From contig JBHGNT010000022.1 in assembly GCA_043228905.1 (NCBI GenBank), forward strand, positions 10,602,001 to 10,666,000: a stretch of 64,000 nucleotides of DNA, given 5' to 3'. Position 1 is the stretch's first letter. Each line of letters starts with the position of its first letter. This DNA is from Azolla caroliniana. Its lineage: Eukaryota > Plantae > Polypodiophyta. The notes beneath the pieces were generated by a model. It had not been told where the DNA came from and did not search any database. It saw only the letters and a program-made list of their open reading frames with translations. A program made the translations under genes and the position numbers. Positions 51,301-62,058 of this stretch are shown here, piece after piece.

Positions 51301-53704
51301 TTCCCTTCGAGCGACAGTACTCCGCGAACTGCCCCCGGTATTCCCCTCCGTTATCCGCTCGTATCGCTTTCAGCTTCTTGCCGGATTCCCTTTCCACTCT
51401 CGCGTGGAGTTCTTTGAAGACGCACAACACTTGGTCCTTTGTCTTCAACGGTGCCGTCCACAGCTTCCGGCTGTGATCATCAATGAATGTCACGAAGTAC
51501 TGGGCTCCGCCATGTGACTTCGTTTCTACTTGACACACGTCAGTGTGCACCAACTCCAATGGTGCGCTTCGTCTCGTCGGTGGCCTTGAGTGGAAGGAGG
51601 TTCGGTTCTGTTTACCGGCCAGGCAATCGGTGCACTTCTCCAGGTGCACATGCTTCACTGGAATAAGGTTGTCTTCTGCAAGCCTCTTCATCCCCTTCTC
51701 ACTCATGTGACACAGTCTCTTGTGCCACAACTCGCCGGCAGTATCGGCTGCCACGTTCAGCTCCTCCGGACATAGCCGGGAATTCATGAGGTACAGTGTG
51801 TTGATCTTCCGGGCCCGAGCCACTATCAGGCTCCCTTTGCTGAACTTCATGACGCCGTTCCGGATGCTACCCGTGTAGCCTTCATCGTCTAGCCTCCCGG
51901 CCGAAATCAGGTTCAATCGAACCTCCGGAACGTGTCGGACATCCTTCAGCAGCATCTTGCATCCGGTTGATGTCATCAGCCACACGTCTCCCATGCCGGC
52001 AATCCGGCATGTACCTTCATTTCCCATCCGGACACAGCCGTGCTCACCGGCTGTGTAGGATGAGAAGTATTTCTTCTCCGGGGTCAGGTGGAACGACGCT
52101 CCGGAATCGACCACCCAAGTCATCTCTTCACCGGCAAGGTTCAGCTCCGTCTCTTCGGTAATGAGCATTATCTCTTCTTCACTTGCCGCGAGTGCCATCG
52201 TTCCTTTCCGGTCCTGCCCTCGCCGATCCGGACCTCTCCGGTCCGTGGCTCCCCGGTATGCACCGCTTCTCTCCGGTGACTTCTTCGAATCGGTGTCGTC
52301 GGCTCCGTTGTCCTTTCGGTAATGCCGACAATTCTTCCGGAAGTGCCCCGACTTCCCACAGTGGAAGCATGTGGGTCTTCCTCTTGACTGCGACCGGGTC
52401 CCCGACTTCTCCCGTCTTTGCGGACTCCGGTTCCAGTGTCTTCCCCGTTCCGATTCGGTAAGCAGCGCCTTCGAGTCGGAGGCCGGTTCTTTATCTCTCC
52501 GACACGCTTCTTCGTTCAAAATACTTGTCTTTACCGTTTGTAGGGACAAGTTATCTTTCGTGCAGGAGGTGCTGAGAGTCACCACCAGGTTCTCCCAGCT
52601 TTCCGGCAATGTACACATCAGGATGATGGCTTGCATTGCATCCTCCAACGGGAACTTGATCGCCGCAAGCTGGTTCACGAATCCCATGAACGTGCTTACG
52701 TGTTCCACCATACTCTCGCCGTCCCGGTACTTGAGGTTCACTATCTTCCTCATCAGGGAGGTCCGGTTCAACGCATTCTTCCTCTCGTAGAGGCCCGACA
52801 GCTTCCGCCACATCTCATATGCGTTGGTGTCGTTCGCCACATGTTGTAGAACGCTCACGTCGACGTATTGCCGAATGGTTGCAACGGCTTTCCGGTTCAG
52901 AAGCCTCCATTCCGACTCAAGTACCCCCTTCGGTATTTCCGACCTGTCAATCGGTTCGTACAGGTCCCGAACAATCAGAAGATCCTCCATCTTGATCTTC
53001 CAGTCGGCGTAATTCTGCGCATTCAGCACCATCATCCCCGGCTGCCCGCTGCCGCCGCCATCCATTTTCTGCAGCAGTTCGCTCTGATACCAAATTGATG
53101 GAAATAATCGATCCTTTCCGATCTTCACCTCTCGTCCACAACCAAGGAACCACACGAATCGTTGTTGCAGAAAATGGGAAACGCAGAAATAATAGATGGA
53201 CACACGATTTAACGTGGAAAACCCTGTACGGGAAAAACCACGGGAGTACAAGACTCCAAACCAAAACTATGCACAGAGAAATATACAATGACGAGCTGCA
53301 AGGCGACGACCTTGAGCTCGCTGTCCTGGCCACAGGCGGCGGAAATACACAGAGGCGTCTACCTCTTCCTCTCTCGCGCTCTATCTCTCTCTCTCTCACG
53401 GCTGCTCTCTCTTCACTCCTCTTGAGTGAAAAAAACAGAAAAATGAGTAGCAACATAAAACTGTTTGCCCTAAGTCATATTTATACACATATGACTTTCG
53501 GGTTATTTACAAATATAGCCACAAGGGCCCTTGGCAAACATATTCACAAATATGTCCCCGCATCCGGATCTCGCTCCGGGTACATTCATCATCCGGCTCC
53601 GTAGCCGGGGTCTTCATCATCCGGCTCCGTAGCCGGGACCGTAACCGTAACTGTAACCGTAACCGTAACCGGACATCCCATTCGGAGGGACCGAAATCCC
53701 AACA
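48367..53704 (-). mobile_element. Intact young Ty1/Copia element F inserted in the 3' LTR of G
   Basis: LTRs 48367-48981 and 53096-53704, about 99% identical; TTGGG TSD; PBS TGGTATCAGAGC (tRNA-iMet) at 53081-53092; PPT at 48982-48992. Confidence 0.97.
48992..53065 (-). CDS. Copia gag-pol polyprotein (1357 aa from ATG 53065)
   Basis: Uninterrupted ORF: CFHCGKSGHFRKNC, WVVDSGAS, LVHTD..RADNGGEY..NGLAERMN, LLYVDD, FTDSD, NGSDMLTK. Confidence 0.95.
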   Translation of the reverse strand: MDGGGSGQPGMMVLNAQNYADWKIKMEDLLIVRDLYEPIDRSEIPKGVLESEWRLLNRKAVATIRQYVDVSVLQHVANDTNAYEMWRKLSGLYERKNALNRTSLMRKIVNLKYRDGESMVEHVSTFMGFVNQLAAIKFPLEDAMQAIILMCTLPESWENLVVTLSTSCTKDNLSLQTVKTSILNEEACRRDKEPASDSKALLTESERGRHWNRSPQRREKSGTRSQSRGRPTCFHCGKSGHFRKNCRHYRKDNGADDTDSKKSPERSGAYRGATDRRGPDRRGQDRKGTMALAASEEEIMLITEETELNLAGEEMTWVVDSGASFHLTPEKKYFSSYTAGEHGCVRMGNEGTCRIAGMGDVWLMTSTGCKMLLKDVRHVPEVRLNLISAGRLDDEGYTGSIRNGVMKFSKGSLIVARARKINTLYLMNSRLCPEELNVAADTAGELWHKRLCHMSEKGMKRLAEDNLIPVKHVHLEKCTDCLAGKQNRTSFHSRPPTRRSAPLELVHTDVCQVETKSHGGAQYFVTFIDDHSRKLWTAPLKTKDQVLCVFKELHARVERESGKKLKAIRADNGGEYRGQFAEYCRSKGIRLEFTVPKTPELNGLAERMNRTIMERVRSMLAHAKLPKGFWVEAMSTATYVINRSPSVPLDGDTPQRVWTGREVSYRHLKVFGCLAYVHVAKDRRGKLDPKTWPCIFLGYGDDEFGYRVWDPVDKKIFRSRDIIFMENKTLADWESEKKMKSSKSTGEDQLYEEQSRPARDRLALEDPAEDGKETEPAEEDENDTGTGPDPEMDSDEEELEEPVTEAPERRYPLRERRAPRRFPEPEHVLLTDEGEPESFEEAKNDTQSRRWLSAMQDEMDSLHENHTYELVELPKGKRALRNKWVFKLKPGDAGNPPRYKARIVVKGFQQKKGVDFDEIFAPVVKMTSIRTVLSIAASMDLEIEQMDVKTAFLHGDLEEEIYMQQPEGFEKKGKEHLVCRLKKSLYGLKQAPRQWYRKFDSFMTDEGYLKTQSDHCVFVKKFEGGDFLILLLYVDDMLIVGRDQVKIRMLKKALHRTFSMKDLGPARQILGMHIIRDRKKKQLWLSQEKYVTKVLHRFNMSEARPVGSTLPANCKLSSKQSPKTKAEKEDMMKVPYASAVGSLMYAMVCTRPDIGYAVGVVSRYMSNPGKEHWNAVKWILRYLKGTTNVCLRFGSGKPELDGFTDSDMSADADTSRSTSGYVMTYAGGAVSWQSRLQKTVALSTTKAEYMAAVEAGKEIIWMKDFIRELGIRQEEYRLYCDSQSAIHLAKNAAYHSRTKHIQRRYHWIRERIEDKEFVLTKVHTDENGSDMLTKVLTPDKLEACRKRIGLERHPMPK

Positions 53705-53969
53705 TTGGGTATGGAAATGAGAGATTAATTTTTCAAAGAAAGGAGCCAACAACCATGCAAAGAGTGGTCTGATATGAATACCACAGATAATTTTTGACAA
53801 GAAAGATCAAGTAAACAAAGCTAAGAGTTTGATATCAATATGTGAGATAATTTGTTTCTTGAATCCGAGAGGGAAGAAGAAGGAAGGAAAAAAAAAAACT
53901 AGGAGGGAAAAAATGGGACATATATCGAGCTCCTCGTTGCACCTCCTCCCCAATGTTACTTTGCATGCC

Positions 53970-54745
53970 CACTTTTAGTTGGATGGCCTCTACTTTTAGT
54001 TGCATGGCCTCTGCTTTTAGTTGCATGGCGTCTGCTTTTAGTTGCATGCTTCCATTTTTAGATGCATGCCTTTTACTTTTAGTTGCATGACCTTGGCTTT
54101 TGGTTGCATGCGATTGTCTGTATAATTTGGCCAAATGACACAATCATCCATAAAGTTTAGCCCGTGCGCAATCCGTACGTGCGTCGCAACCAAACCGTAG
54201 ACTCGTCCGCGCGCAAAAGTCTCGACCTCATAGTAGTGTACGCATCCACGCATGCGCATGTCCCGACCACGCCGTAGTGTATGCATCCATGCGCGCGCGC
54301 TTCCAACCTGCACCATATACGCATCCGCGCGCAAAAGTCTCAACCGCATTGTAGTGTACGCATCCACGCATGCGCACACACGCGTCCGCGCGCTCGTTCG
54401 CACATACACATCCATCTAAAACGTCCACACGTATGCCCGCCGTAGTGTATGCATCCATGCGCGAGCGCTTCCAACCTGCACCATATACGCATCCGCGCGC
54501 AAACATCTCAACCGCACTGTAGTGTACGCATCCACGCATGCGCACACACGCGTCCGCGCGCTCGTCCGCACATACACATCTGTCTGAAACGTCCACACGT
54601 ACGCCCAAAAACGTCCACACGTACATCCGAAGACGTCCATGCGCGCGTACGTCCGAAAACGTCCATGCGGCCATGCACACGCGTGTACGCTCGAAGTGTT
54701 TCGTGCATACACGCGTATGCCCGAAGTGTGCACACCACATAGTAT
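53970..54745. repeat. Internal repeats of G 3' LTR: ~21-bp TTTTAGTTGCATG units and CpG-rich GTAGTGTACGCATCCACGCATGCGC blocks
   Basis: Also present, in fewer copies, at 61255-61745. Confidence 0.85.
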
Positions 54746-57700
54746 AGCCCAAGTCACCTTGAACATTCTATGCTCCACACATTGATAAAATGAATATGTT
54801 TTGGTTTCCTATATATATTCTAGGTTCCAATGTTGTCCTATCTATGTGGGATATCCCACAGTTTTGTCTTGTCTTTTCTTTTTCTTCAAACTTCACACTC
54901 ACATAGCTTGATACTTGTTTATCCGTTTTATGCGTAGTAAAATACGCTATGAAACTCTTGAAGACATCTATCTATATGAATACATTAAGCTAATCTTAAA
55001 TAAATTTTTTACAAGTTTTCATATCGTGTGTGAAAAACCACATGACATTCACCCCCACCAAACCTACACATCCACCGGTATGTGCCAATTGTGGTGAGGT
55101 TCCCTGTTTTTTTTAATTACTCTTCTTCAACCTCGATGTTCGAGGATACATCATCTAGATCTTCGATCTCAAGATTTGGCTTCTCTTCTCATAAAGATCT
55201 TGATCCTCTTCCCTACTATTGGCAAAGCAAGTCGAGTTCCATCTAACTCTGCTAAAAAATAGGTTGCATTGCTTTCTATTTTCTTGACCATATACGGGCC
55301 AAACCATCGTTTTGCGAACTTTCGAGTAGTGCTATATTGATTATCGAAACTACTATCATAGACAAGAACCCAATCTCCTTCTTCAATTTTTCTTTGTCGA
55401 AGACGATGCTTTCTATCAAAATTCTCCTTGTTCTTCAATCGAGCTTGACGCAACCGTTCTACTACCAACTCGACATCTTCGAACCTCCGTTCTAATTGTT
55501 GAATCCTCGTGGCTAGCAAGGCTTCCCGACTCATTTCCTCTTACCATGGCAAAGATGTCCACGAAGCAACACTTTGCTTAATAGGCATTATTGGTTTTTG
55601 TCCTAATATGAGTTCGGCGGGCATATATCCCGTAGTCGTGCTATGTGTAGTTCTATTTGCCCACAATGCATAAGGTAGTAATCGTGGCCAATTTCCCATT
55701 TTGCCGTCGCAAGCCTTTGCTAGAGCTTTTACAATTGGACTATGTCCTCGTTCTACCTTCCCATTTGCGTCCGGGTTGTATGCCATGGTGAGCGATAATT
55801 TGACGCCTATTCTTGAAAAGAACTCTTTACCTTCATTCGCATCTAATTCTCCTGTATCGGCCACTATTTTGCCGACACATCCGTATCGACAAATAACATC
55901 TTCAAGGAGAAATCTACAAACCGCCGAAGTTGTTTTATTCCTTAGCGCCTGTCCTTCTACTTGGTTGGTGAGATCCTCTCTTGCTAGCACGAGATACTTC
56001 ATTTGCCCCAATCCCATCGACATAACCACTATGTCTACCAACCACTTATAGTGCATTGATAATGGATATGTCGGATGAAGTTCATCCCTATGTTGAATAT
56101 TCGAGTATAAATGGCATTGCTCACATGTTTCAACATAGCTTGCTACATCTTTGTAAACACCCGACCACCAATACTTCTCTTTGAGCTTTGCAATGTTGCC
56201 CATATACCACGATGACCTGCCCACACACTATCATGAGATTCAGCAGTTAGTGTTTGTTGATCCAGTTTCTTGCACACCACTCAAAGTGGAGTTCCATTCT
56301 TCTTCTTCGGAAACTTCCATATATGTCCTTCTTTGAGGAAGAACTTGTTGTCCTTCTTCCTAATTCGGTAGAAGTCTTCCTTTGACCATGATTCATCTTT
56401 TGTAAGAGAGCTTAAGTATTTGCCAATTTCAATGAATTCACTCTCATAATCTTCTACTTTGAACATTGCTAGCACCCGAGCACAAGAAACCGTAAAGAAG
56501 TTTAGGCCAACATCCTCTTCGTCGGAGTGCAAATCTTCTTCACCCTCATACCTCGCCCTTGACAACATATCGGCGACCACATTATGCCTCCCATTTATAT
56601 GCCGAATCTCGGGGTTGAGGGACTTGATATAGGCAATCCATCGCCGCATAGCAATATCCGGTGTAGCACAACCGGATATCATTCCAAGAATAGGTAGACA
56701 ATTGGTTTCGATTATGACCTCTGTTCCTATAAGGTAGTCACGGTTGGTTTTAACCGCGGATACTATTCCCCATAGCTCTCTCTTTACTTGAGCATACTTC
56801 CTTTGTCTTTCGGTTAACACCTTCGCACCGAATCGGATTGCATACCGATTCTTTTCTTTGTCTTCTAGGTTTATCACCCATCCAATTCCGGTTGGGCTCG
56901 TATCCACCGTCACATATATCGGGGTACCATCAGTGTAGTCGGCTTTGCGCAATGTTGGAGCTTCCAATAATAGTTTCTTTAGCTTTTGAATCGCGTAGGT
57001 ATGCTCATCTTCCCATTCGAACTTCTTCCTTTTCTTTAATAGTCCATACAATGGTTCAACGACATGGGCATAATGTGGAATCCATATGTGATAGAATGCA
57101 CATGCTCCCAAGAATCTTCGCACCTCCGTTTGAGACACACATTCTTCTTTCATCTCTTGAATAGCGTTCACCTTGGATGGAGATGGCTTCCGGCCATAAG
57201 ACCCACATAAGTGTCCTACTACCAATATTTCTAGTTGACCAAATGCAGACTTCTCTCCCGAAAATGTGAGATTCGCATCCTCAAGCTTTTGCAACACCTT
57301 CTCGCTATCCTTTATATGATCGATGACGAATCTTCGGCAACCATTGTCATCTTTTGATTCATCTTTTTCTTCCATCAAGCATCCTTTGATTGGAATGTCG
57401 TCTAAGAAGGGCATTGTGATATCAGGGATACAATCCCTCAACACTTTGTTCATGGCATTCACCGTGTGGGCTACGGAATTTGTCGCACCTTGGGGTAAGG
57501 TGCACATCCTTACCAACCCGATCAGTGTCCTCATTGTCATTATGTCTCTACTATCGATGGCCAATTGAAACTAATCATAGCCCGAGTAGAGATCACCAAC
57601 GGAATAGATCGATCTTCCCGTGAAGGCTTTGGCAAATTCATCCACGCTTGGACCAATTCCGGCATTTCGGATCGTCACCTTGTTGACGGGTTGGAGATCT

Positions 57701-60700
57701 TGTATAAAGTGTAAGGACCCATTCTTCTTCGGCACCGTAAACCATCTATTAGAGTAGGGAGCATTGGATGGCTCAAGAATTCCCATCCTAACCTTTTCCT
57801 TTAGAAGCTCAATCAACTTTGGAATTTGAGCTCTTGGAGCCGGTATCGGCTTGAGGTTCAAAGGTACATGCGGCACCATAAAAATCACCATCGGCTCTAT
57901 CATCTTCAGGTCGACACATCCGATCTCTTATGGAGAGAAGGAAAAGGCTTTCCCATGTCTCTCAAGCATTCCACGGAACATTCTCTCCTCTTCGGGGAGA
58001 AGGAAATCTTCCCTTCCAACTTGGAGCTTTCCTTTCATCTCTTTGGTGAAGACATGACCTATTGCCTTTGGATCCCTTAAGCTCGGATCATTGGCAACTT
58101 CCTTCATCTTTTGCCAGCTATCTTCCGGTAGCGGAACCGCAACTAGCTTGATCTTCTTATCCACCGTTTTATATTTTGTGTTGACTTCAGCTTCCTCCAT
58201 CAAGATACCTCGATGATATTCATCGATGATAGCGTACATGTTGACGGAGTTAACCGAAATCACATTTTGATCGTGAGGGTAGCTCAAGTCCACGACTTCC
58301 TCGATTTCATCGATGGTGTCGTTAAATGAGGCTTCCTCTATAATATGAGACAAGAATTCTTCTTCTTCGATTATGCTTTCTTCTTTCAGCATCTTCTCGA
58401 AGTCTTGTATCTTACGCTTGTCCTTCTTGTTGAGTAGTGTTAGTTTACATGCGTCACTAGGTGTCACACATGTTGCTTCTCCTTGTGATCCACTTATTTC
58501 GCTTCCTTGTGGGGACTTATGATTGCTCGGACTATTTGTGCCCCACACTTCAATAGTCCGCTCTAAAAATCCAAGGATTCGCCTCCAAGGCTATCTCGGT
58601 TCCTTTCGTGATTAGCCCGCACCGTAAGGAATTGAACAGATCTTTGATTGTCAAGGCTCTTGACTTGCACGAAGGCCGCTCCATTATTGAACACCTTAGT
58701 CTCCATACGGGAAGATGTGATATATGGTTGTCCTAGGATGACGGAATGTGAAGCCGAGTCTTGCACGAAGAAGTGTTGATCCATCTCCACATCTCCGATC
58801 GTCACTTTAACATTGGGGCAAGCTCCGTATAGGTCTTCTGTGGCCTTCGTTGCCGCTCATATCTTCCATCCGTGGTTTGTGTTGATCGGCCATCTTCCTT
58901 TCTTGTAGAATTCGGTTGACATGAGGTTAATCTCCGAACCATGGTCAATCAAGGCTACCACGGTCTCATTCTTCTCTCCGATCTTCACCGGCGTCTCCGT
59001 TGTCGCTCTTGCCCAATGAGGCCGAGAGTAATGGTTGTCCGCCATCACTTCTTCTTCCTCCTCCTCTTCGGATCTTGCCATGGTTATGGAACTTGTTTTC
59101 ACCTCTTCTTCATCCGATTGTTGCCGCTTCCGCTTAATCAAGTCCACGATAGTATCGTGGAACTCCTTCTTAGCGATCCCAAGTAGCTCTCTCAAAGTAA
59201 GGTCAACATGACTGTCTAAAACCTTCTCCTCAAGGACCTTCCGCAAGTTGGTTGTTTGTTCTATGTCCGACCTTAGCTTGTAAGTCGGCGCCACTCGTTC
59301 CTTTCCTTTCTTCAAAGATTCATCAACTTCCATCTGAGAAGGTTGGCTCGATCCACCGGGCTTCATGCTTGTCTCTCCTATCTCTTTTCATGGCGTAGGT
59401 TGGGCTTGTCCTTCTTTCCCTGCATTCCTTGTATTGTGACGCTTTGAGGTGCCATCTTCTTCACTGGTTCTTTTCCTCTTCTCTTCGAGAAGAGCCTCAT
59501 AGTTGTCGCACACAACCTCCGCAAAACTTGTGTTATCGTCGACTGGATCCGACCATCCGGTAACTCGTCGCACATTCCGATCATCATGCTTTAGATCTTC
59601 TAAATCTATTTTTCCTTTCTTTTCACACTCGAATACCGTTGGCCAAAACCCAACTCCTAGCTTGATCGTCTTTAGATTCTCTCTTCCGACTCGTATCCCG
59701 GCCGATGCGGCATAGTACATGGCTTCCACATGCCTCGCATCTTCCTCTTCCATGATCTTATTCAGCTCGCCTCTTCCGAAGTTCACTCATAGTGGCTTTC
59801 GGGTCTCACTCGAGTGGATCATGTTGCCGTCCAAATAGACGACATTCTTGCGAATCACGTCTTGCAAGTCAATGCACTCCCTTCGCGAGTGCTCGAAACT
59901 GTCGCACCACACACATCTATACGCTTCTTTTCCCTTCAGCCCGCGTCAACCTAAGTTGTCCAGCGATGCCGCTTCAAACTTCTTGGAGAGCTCTTCGATT
60001 ATAGATTCCTAACATCGCTTTCTTGTCCAAATTGTTGATCTGCTTGTTAGACTCAATCATCACAGGTGCCTTCCTCCTCCACGATTGTGGATTCTCCATA
60101 TCAGTTTCCTCTTGCCATTGTCGACGCTTGTCAAAACGGCTACAAGCCTTCTTCACCATCGCCCAGTCCGCTACCAAGCCATTCGGTTGTGTTTCGTCCT
60201 CCAAAAAGTTTCCCAGTTCTCGCCGATCTTTTGCATCCACTGCCTTCAGGAATAGTAGGACTTTATCTCCATCGAGAACTCGTTGATCAACACTCGGAAG
60301 TCGGTTGTACTTTTGGTCGAATTTTGCATATACTCCCGACGCACACATATTCTTCCCTTTCATCTCGATCCATGTCATTAGCATATGTCGAGTCATCTGT
60401 GATGCGTCTTCAAGCATGTATTCAGCGAGAAGCGCCTTTTCGAACTTTGCCCAAGTTGCATGCTCGTTTAGGATCTCCATGACGCGCTCAAGGATCCCTG
60501 GTTCCACCACACGTTTGAAGCTAGAAATTTGTTTGAGATCATTGACATCCCTTTGTTGCATCTCGTTCCGATAGATAGCAAGAAAATCCGTGATGTTCTT
60601 GCCACCAAATCGTCCAGCTATCTCGATCGTATGATAAACAGCTTTGTCGATTAAAGCTTCTCAATCTCTCACCTTCAGCATGTATTCCACTACGGACACC

Positions 60701-60804
60701 ATGCCTTTCGTTAATTCCTCTCCTTGAGTTCCGCTTGTGGAAGCCATCGTTGCACTTGCTATCCTCCCTACCGCCTCTTTCATGTCAGGTTCACCACTTA
60801 ACTA

Positions 60805-62058
60805 TGTCGTGAAAATCTGACACTATTTGCGGATCGTGAGACAGAACCGCGAGGGTTCTGGACTAGAAGGATTTAGAGCAACATGTACAACACAAGCAAG
60901 TTTTAAGCATAAGACAAGTGGGAGAGACAAATCATTAGTTTATTGCAAAAGAAAATCGATACTTTATCATTTCAGAATCGTGTTACAATGGGTTGGGTAT
61001 GGAAATGAGAGATTAATTTTTCAAAGAAAGGAGCCCACAACAATGCAAGGAGTGGTCCGATATGAATACCATAGATAATTTTTTACAAGAAAGATCAAGT
61101 AAACAAAGCTAAGAGTTTGATATCAATATGTGAGATAATTTGTTTCTTGAATCCGAGAGGGAAGAAGAAGGAAAAAAAAAAACTACGAGGGAAAAAATGG
61201 GACATATATTGAGCTCCTCGTTGCTACTCCTCCCCAATGTTACTTTGCATGCCCACTTTTAGTTGGATGGCCTCTATTTTTAGTTGCATGGCCTCTGCTT
61301 TTAGTTGCATGCCTTTTACTTTTAGTTGCATGGCCTTGGCTTTTGGTGGCATGCGATTGTCCGTATAATTTGGTCAAATGACACAATCATCCATAAAGTT
61401 TAGCTCGTGCACAATCCGTACGTGCGTCGCAACCAAACCGTAGACGCGTTCGCACGCAAAAGTCTCGACCGCGTAGTAGTGTACGCATCCACGCATGCGC
61501 ATGTCCCGACCGCGCCGTAGTGTATGCATCCACACGCACGCGTGTCCAACCTGCACCGTGTATGCATCCGCGCGCAAAAGTCTCAACCACACTGTAGTGT
61601 ACGCATCCACGCATGCGCGCGTGCGCACACACGCGTCCGCGCGCTCGTCCGCACATACACGCGTACGCCCAAAAATTGCACACGCACATACGTCCAAGAA
61701 CGTCCACGCGACCATCCACACGCATGTACACTCGAAGTGTGCACACCACATAGTATAGCCCAAGTCACCTTGAACATTCTATGCTCCACACATTGATAGA
61801 ATGAATATGTTTTGGTTTTCCTTATATATTCTAGGTTCCAATGTTGTCCTATCTATGTGGGATATCCCACAGTTTTTTCTTGTCTTTTCTTTTTCTTCAA
61901 ACTTCACACTCACATAGCTTGATACTTGTTTATCCGTTTCATGCGTAGTAAAATACGCTATGAAACTCTTGAAGACATCTATATATATAAATACATTAAG
62001 ATAATCTTAAATAAATTTTTTATAAGTTTTCATATCGTGTGTGAAAAACCACACATCA
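60805..62058 (-). repeat. 5' LTR of Gypsy G
   Basis: Direct repeat of 48178-48366 plus 53710-55047. Confidence 0.9.

Larger units (their letters stand above)
48178..62058 (-). mobile_element. Degenerate Ty3/Gypsy element G
   Basis: 5' LTR 60805-62058; 3' LTR 48178-48366 plus 53710-55047 (split by F, left terminus eroded); PPT near 55048-55059; gag, protease LIDHGSEIN, RT LPQG/PFLDD, RNase H TVDTS, integrase WLVDIV/NGKVERGH. Confidence 0.88.

Noticed and set aside
53066-53251. N-terminal 62 aa of the 1419-aa ORF call
   Set aside because: Lies in the LTR/PBS; the likely start is ATG 53065.
54038-54778. Overlapping Arg/Cys/Ala-rich ORFs (also 61374-61796)
   Set aside because: Products of CG-rich LTR repeats that lack stop codons by composition.
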